A stretch of 64,000 bases of DNA from Octopus sinensis (lineage: Eukaryota), in contig NC_043010.1 of NCBI RefSeq assembly GCF_006345805.1, positions 12,462,001 through 12,526,000 of the forward strand, read 5' to 3'. The notes below the pieces were generated by a model. It worked only from the letters and a program-made list of their open reading frames with translations, made no database searches and was not told the DNA's origin. The translations under genes were made by a program, and so were the position numbers. Of this stretch, positions 60,981-64,000 are shown piece after piece. Each line of letters begins with the position of its first letter. Positions within the stretch are counted from its first letter, which is position 1.

Positions 60981-61407
60981 TAGAGCTGGATTAAGACCCT
61001 TCGAGGCCCTAAGCACTTAAAAGATTTTGGTGCACCCATAAAAGATTATGTAATTCAAAATATAAACAATAACAAACCATGAAATGAATTTTATTTTTAT
61101 CAAAATGAAACAAAACAGTAAGAGGGAAAATAATATTTATTTTTGTATACTTCCACTTTAATTATATTTGAAACATTTCCTCCAACTTTTTTGAATTGCT
61201 AAGTCTTTGATCAGATCCTCAAAATTAATCTTAGGTACCACATCTGCATCTATACCTGGTAGAGATAAAGGTATTCCGAATATTATTTTAGCAAGTTTAA
61301 AGCGATTTCTTTTGTACTGTAAACCATCTACCATTTCTGTGGTGCCCCCTTCTTCTCTTGATGCCCTAAGCACATGCTTATTTTGCTTAATGGTTAATCC
61401 AGTGCTG
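60981..61407 (-). mobile_element. hAT non-autonomous element with transposase C-terminal remnant
   Basis: TIRs TAGAGCTGGATTAA / TTAATCCAGTGCTG; 8-bp TSD TGTATAGG / TGTACAGG; minus frame ...IDADVVPKINFEDLIKDLAIQKSWRK resembles the end of the hAT dimerisation domain. Confidence 0.85.
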
Positions 61408-61469
61408 TGTACAGGCTTAAAGCAGGTCTCTACCTCAATTTGAACCTAGGCTGTTTGTTTCCTATTAGG

Positions 61470-62150
61470 AAAGATTTCATGGTTGTGTGGTTAAGAACCT
61501 CGTTTTGCAACCATATAGCTTCAGGTTCAGTCCCACTGCATGGCACCTTAGGCATGTGCTTTCCACTTTAGCTTCAGGCTGACCAATGTCTTGTAAGTGA
61601 ATTCGGTTGATGGAAACTCATCGTGTGTGTGTATGTGTGTGTGTGCATTTGTATGTGTGTATGTGTTTGTGTGTGTGTGTATGTGTTTGTGTGTATGTTT
61701 ATGTGTGTGTGTGTGTATATGTGTGTGTATGTTTGTGTGTGTGTGTGAGTTTGTGTGTGTGTATGTTTGTATGCATTTGTATGTGTATATGCATTTGTGT
61801 GTGTGTATGCTTGTGTGTGTGTGTGTGTATGTTTATGTGTGTGTGTGTATGTGTGCATTTGTATGTGTGTATGTGTATGTTTATGTGTGTGTGTGTATAT
61901 GTGTGTGTATGTTTGTGTGTGTGTGTTTGCGTGTGTGTATGTTTGTATGCATTTGTATGTGTATATGCATTTGTGTGTATGTGTGTGTGTATATATATGC
62001 TTGTGTGTGTGTGTGTGTGTGATTTATGTATGTGTATCTTTCTTCCTGTGTTTCTCATTCCATCCCAACAGTTTCACAACCGCTGTTGCTTCGTTTACGT
62101 ACCCATAACTTAGCACTTCAGCAAATAAGAACTATTTTTAAAAAGTACCC
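61470..62150 (+). mobile_element. Older SINE-A with expanded internal (GT)-rich tract (61622-62040)
   Basis: Head at about 61470-61620; body resumes at about 62050. Confidence 0.75.
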
Positions 62151-62354
62151 AAGCCAACCCCAGTATTCCATGGCATATAAATGACCAAGAGCACAAGACT
62201 TCTACCTCGAGCAAAACACCAGTTCATCACAGGATGAACCCTGCCCCCCCACCCGACAACCCCACCCACCAACCCTGGCCCCCACCCCCCACCTGTGGTG
62301 GAGACCCATTTTCAGTTGAGTGGACCGAGGTAACATGAAAGGAAATGTTTTATT

Positions 62355-62583
62355 TAAACCGTTGTCATTTAAACCAGCCACATCGGGCCAAAATATTCAA
62401 CCTGCTTTACGTCCAAATTGGCCAGATCAGTCCTCTCACACCTATCCTACAATGTCATTCTAAAAAAACAAACAATCACATCGCCAAAAATCTCGAAAGC
62501 CACAAGATAATTTCTAATTAATTCAAAACAATGTAGAGAAATAAAAATTACATTTGACAAAATAATCTGAATATTGAAGGGTT
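62355..62583 (+). mobile_element. Degenerate piggyBac-type MITE, second family; partial copy at 45105-45190
   Basis: TTAAACC...GAAGGGTTTA ends; the 5' part is shared between the two loci. Confidence 0.55.
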
Positions 62584-62625
62584 TAGGACATGGTACACAG
62601 CATTGTTTGGGAATTGAAACCATGA

Positions 62626-63060
62626 CTTCAAGCATTTGTCTTATGAAGAAAGGCTGAAGACGCTCGGCCTTTTTTCTCTTGAAGAACGACGCCGACGCCG
62701 TGGTGATCTCATTCTCGCTCACAACATCATAAGCGGAAAGTGTAACCTCTCAAAAGAGCTGTTCTTCACTCCTGCTCCAGAGCGTGGGCTGCGGGGTCAC
62801 TCCGAAAAGCTCTATCTCTGACGATTTTAATCTCAATCGAAGGAGAGGGGCTTTCTCTGTCCGGGTTGTGGATCCGTGGAATAAGCTGCCAGACGAGATA
62901 GTGAAGATGCCGATGACCGCTCGGTTTGAAGCCTCTCTTGACCGAAAATGGCCTGCACTCTTTGTATGACCATCCTCCCTGTACATAACTCCCTACATGG
63001 CCTTGCTTTTGCTTTTTGAGCCAATTAAAATTAAATTAGATTAAATTAAAATTTTAAAAA
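62626..63060 (+). mobile_element. CR1 LINE 3' fragment, third family, inserted in a SINE head
   Basis: FKHLSYEERLKTLGLFSLEERRRRRGDLILAH...LRGHSEKLYL*RFNLNRRRGAFSVRVVDPWNKLPDEIV; ends in an (ATTAA)n tail. Confidence 0.9.
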
Positions 63061-63264
63061 TTCATGATTAGGAGTTCAACACCTTAATCACTAAACCATG
63101 CATTTTCATATAGAACAAACTTAATGTATATCTTTCATCTTTTCTTTTACCTTTTACTTGTTTCAGTCATTAGACTGTGGCCATGCTGGGGCACTGCCTT
63201 GAAGAATTTTTAGTTGAATGAATCAACCCCTGTTTTTATTATCTTTTTGTAAAGTTTAGTACTT

Positions 63265-63490
63265 CTTCTTATTTCTTTATTGCCCACAAGGGGCTAAACA
63301 TAGAGGGGACAAACAAGGACAGACAAAGGGATTAAGTCGATTACAGTGCATTACTGGTACTTAATTTATCAACCCCCGAAAGGATGAAAGGCAAAGTCGA
63401 CCTCGGTGGAATTTGAACTCAGAACGTAAAGATGGACAAAACACCAGTAAGCATCTCCTCCGGCGTCCTTACGATTCTGCCAGCTCGTCA
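63265..63490 (-). mobile_element. SINE-B inside an older SINE-A-related copy
   Basis: SINE-B consensus with a small deletion; A-like pieces at 63130-63260 and 63495-63640. Confidence 0.85.
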
Positions 63491-63714
63491 CTATTAAAGT
63501 TTCGTACTTATTCTGTTGGTTTTTTAGCTGAATTGCTAAGTTACAGGGATGTAAACACACCAACATCGGTAGTAAAGCAGTGGTGTGAGACCAGCACACA
63601 CACACATATTTTGTGTGTGTAGGTGGACACAAACTGTATGGAAGATTTTGTGTGTGTGGTCATGTGTGTGTGTATCTGTGTGTGCATATGTCTGTGTATG
63701 TGTGTGTGTTTTTT

Positions 63715-63930
63715 TACTCGTGTTTGTCGTCCTACCACTTGACAACTGGTGGTGGTTTGTTTACAGCCTTGTAACTTAGCAGTTTAGTGGAAAAGATTGA
63801 CAGAATAAGAATCAGTCTTAAAAAGAAAAGAGAAAAGAGAAAAAAGTACTGAGAGAGATTTCTTTGACTAAACCCTTTGGGGCAGTGCCACATCATGGCT
63901 GCAGTCCAATGACTGAAACAAGTAAAAGAC
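63715..63930 (+). mobile_element. Older SINE-A-related 3' half
   Basis: Tail GCAGTGCCACATCATGGCTGCAGTCCAATGACTGAAACAAGTAAAAGA. Confidence 0.75.
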
Positions 63931-64000
63931 ACAAGACGACATATTCTAGATGTCTCTGCATCAAGGACCACCAGGGTAACATCATTCTTTTTGTATTCTT

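Noticed and set aside
62240-62295. G-quadruplex-forming tract on the minus strand
   Set aside because: Short low-complexity C-run inside a decayed SINE-like region; no functional context.

Overview
AT-rich eukaryotic non-coding DNA, almost entirely transposon-derived sequence and microsatellite. The repeat families and (AT)n density suggest an octopod cephalopod (inference from pattern recognition, not a database match). No intact gene, rRNA, tRNA gene or CRISPR array is supported, and most ORF-track entries are microsatellite or SINE read-through. Recognisable content: many copies of several tRNA-headed SINE families (my labels A, B, D, E/V, F), an RTE-like (GAT)n-tailed element (C), truncated or decayed LINE pieces (CR1-like, RTE-X, R4-like, Tx1-like, Penelope-like), piggyBac-, Tc2/pogo- and hAT-type MITEs and two short Helitrons. 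Most notable: (1) an 11-unit, 140-bp tandem array built from the 3' end of an RTE-X LINE, with 5-unit higher-order periodicity; (2) a tRNA-headed SINE carrying a Penelope-type minimal hammerhead ribozyme core; (3) SINE-LINE tail sharing readable within the window (A with CR1, B with Tx1-like); (4) a tail-out SINE-B compound insertion inside one 24-bp TSD; (5) a ~300-bp-arm foldback; (6) an 18-nt micro-exon candidate and other minus-strand exon candidates, suggesting the window may be intronic. All alignments were done by eye; interspersed-repeat boundaries are approximate unless a TSD is given.
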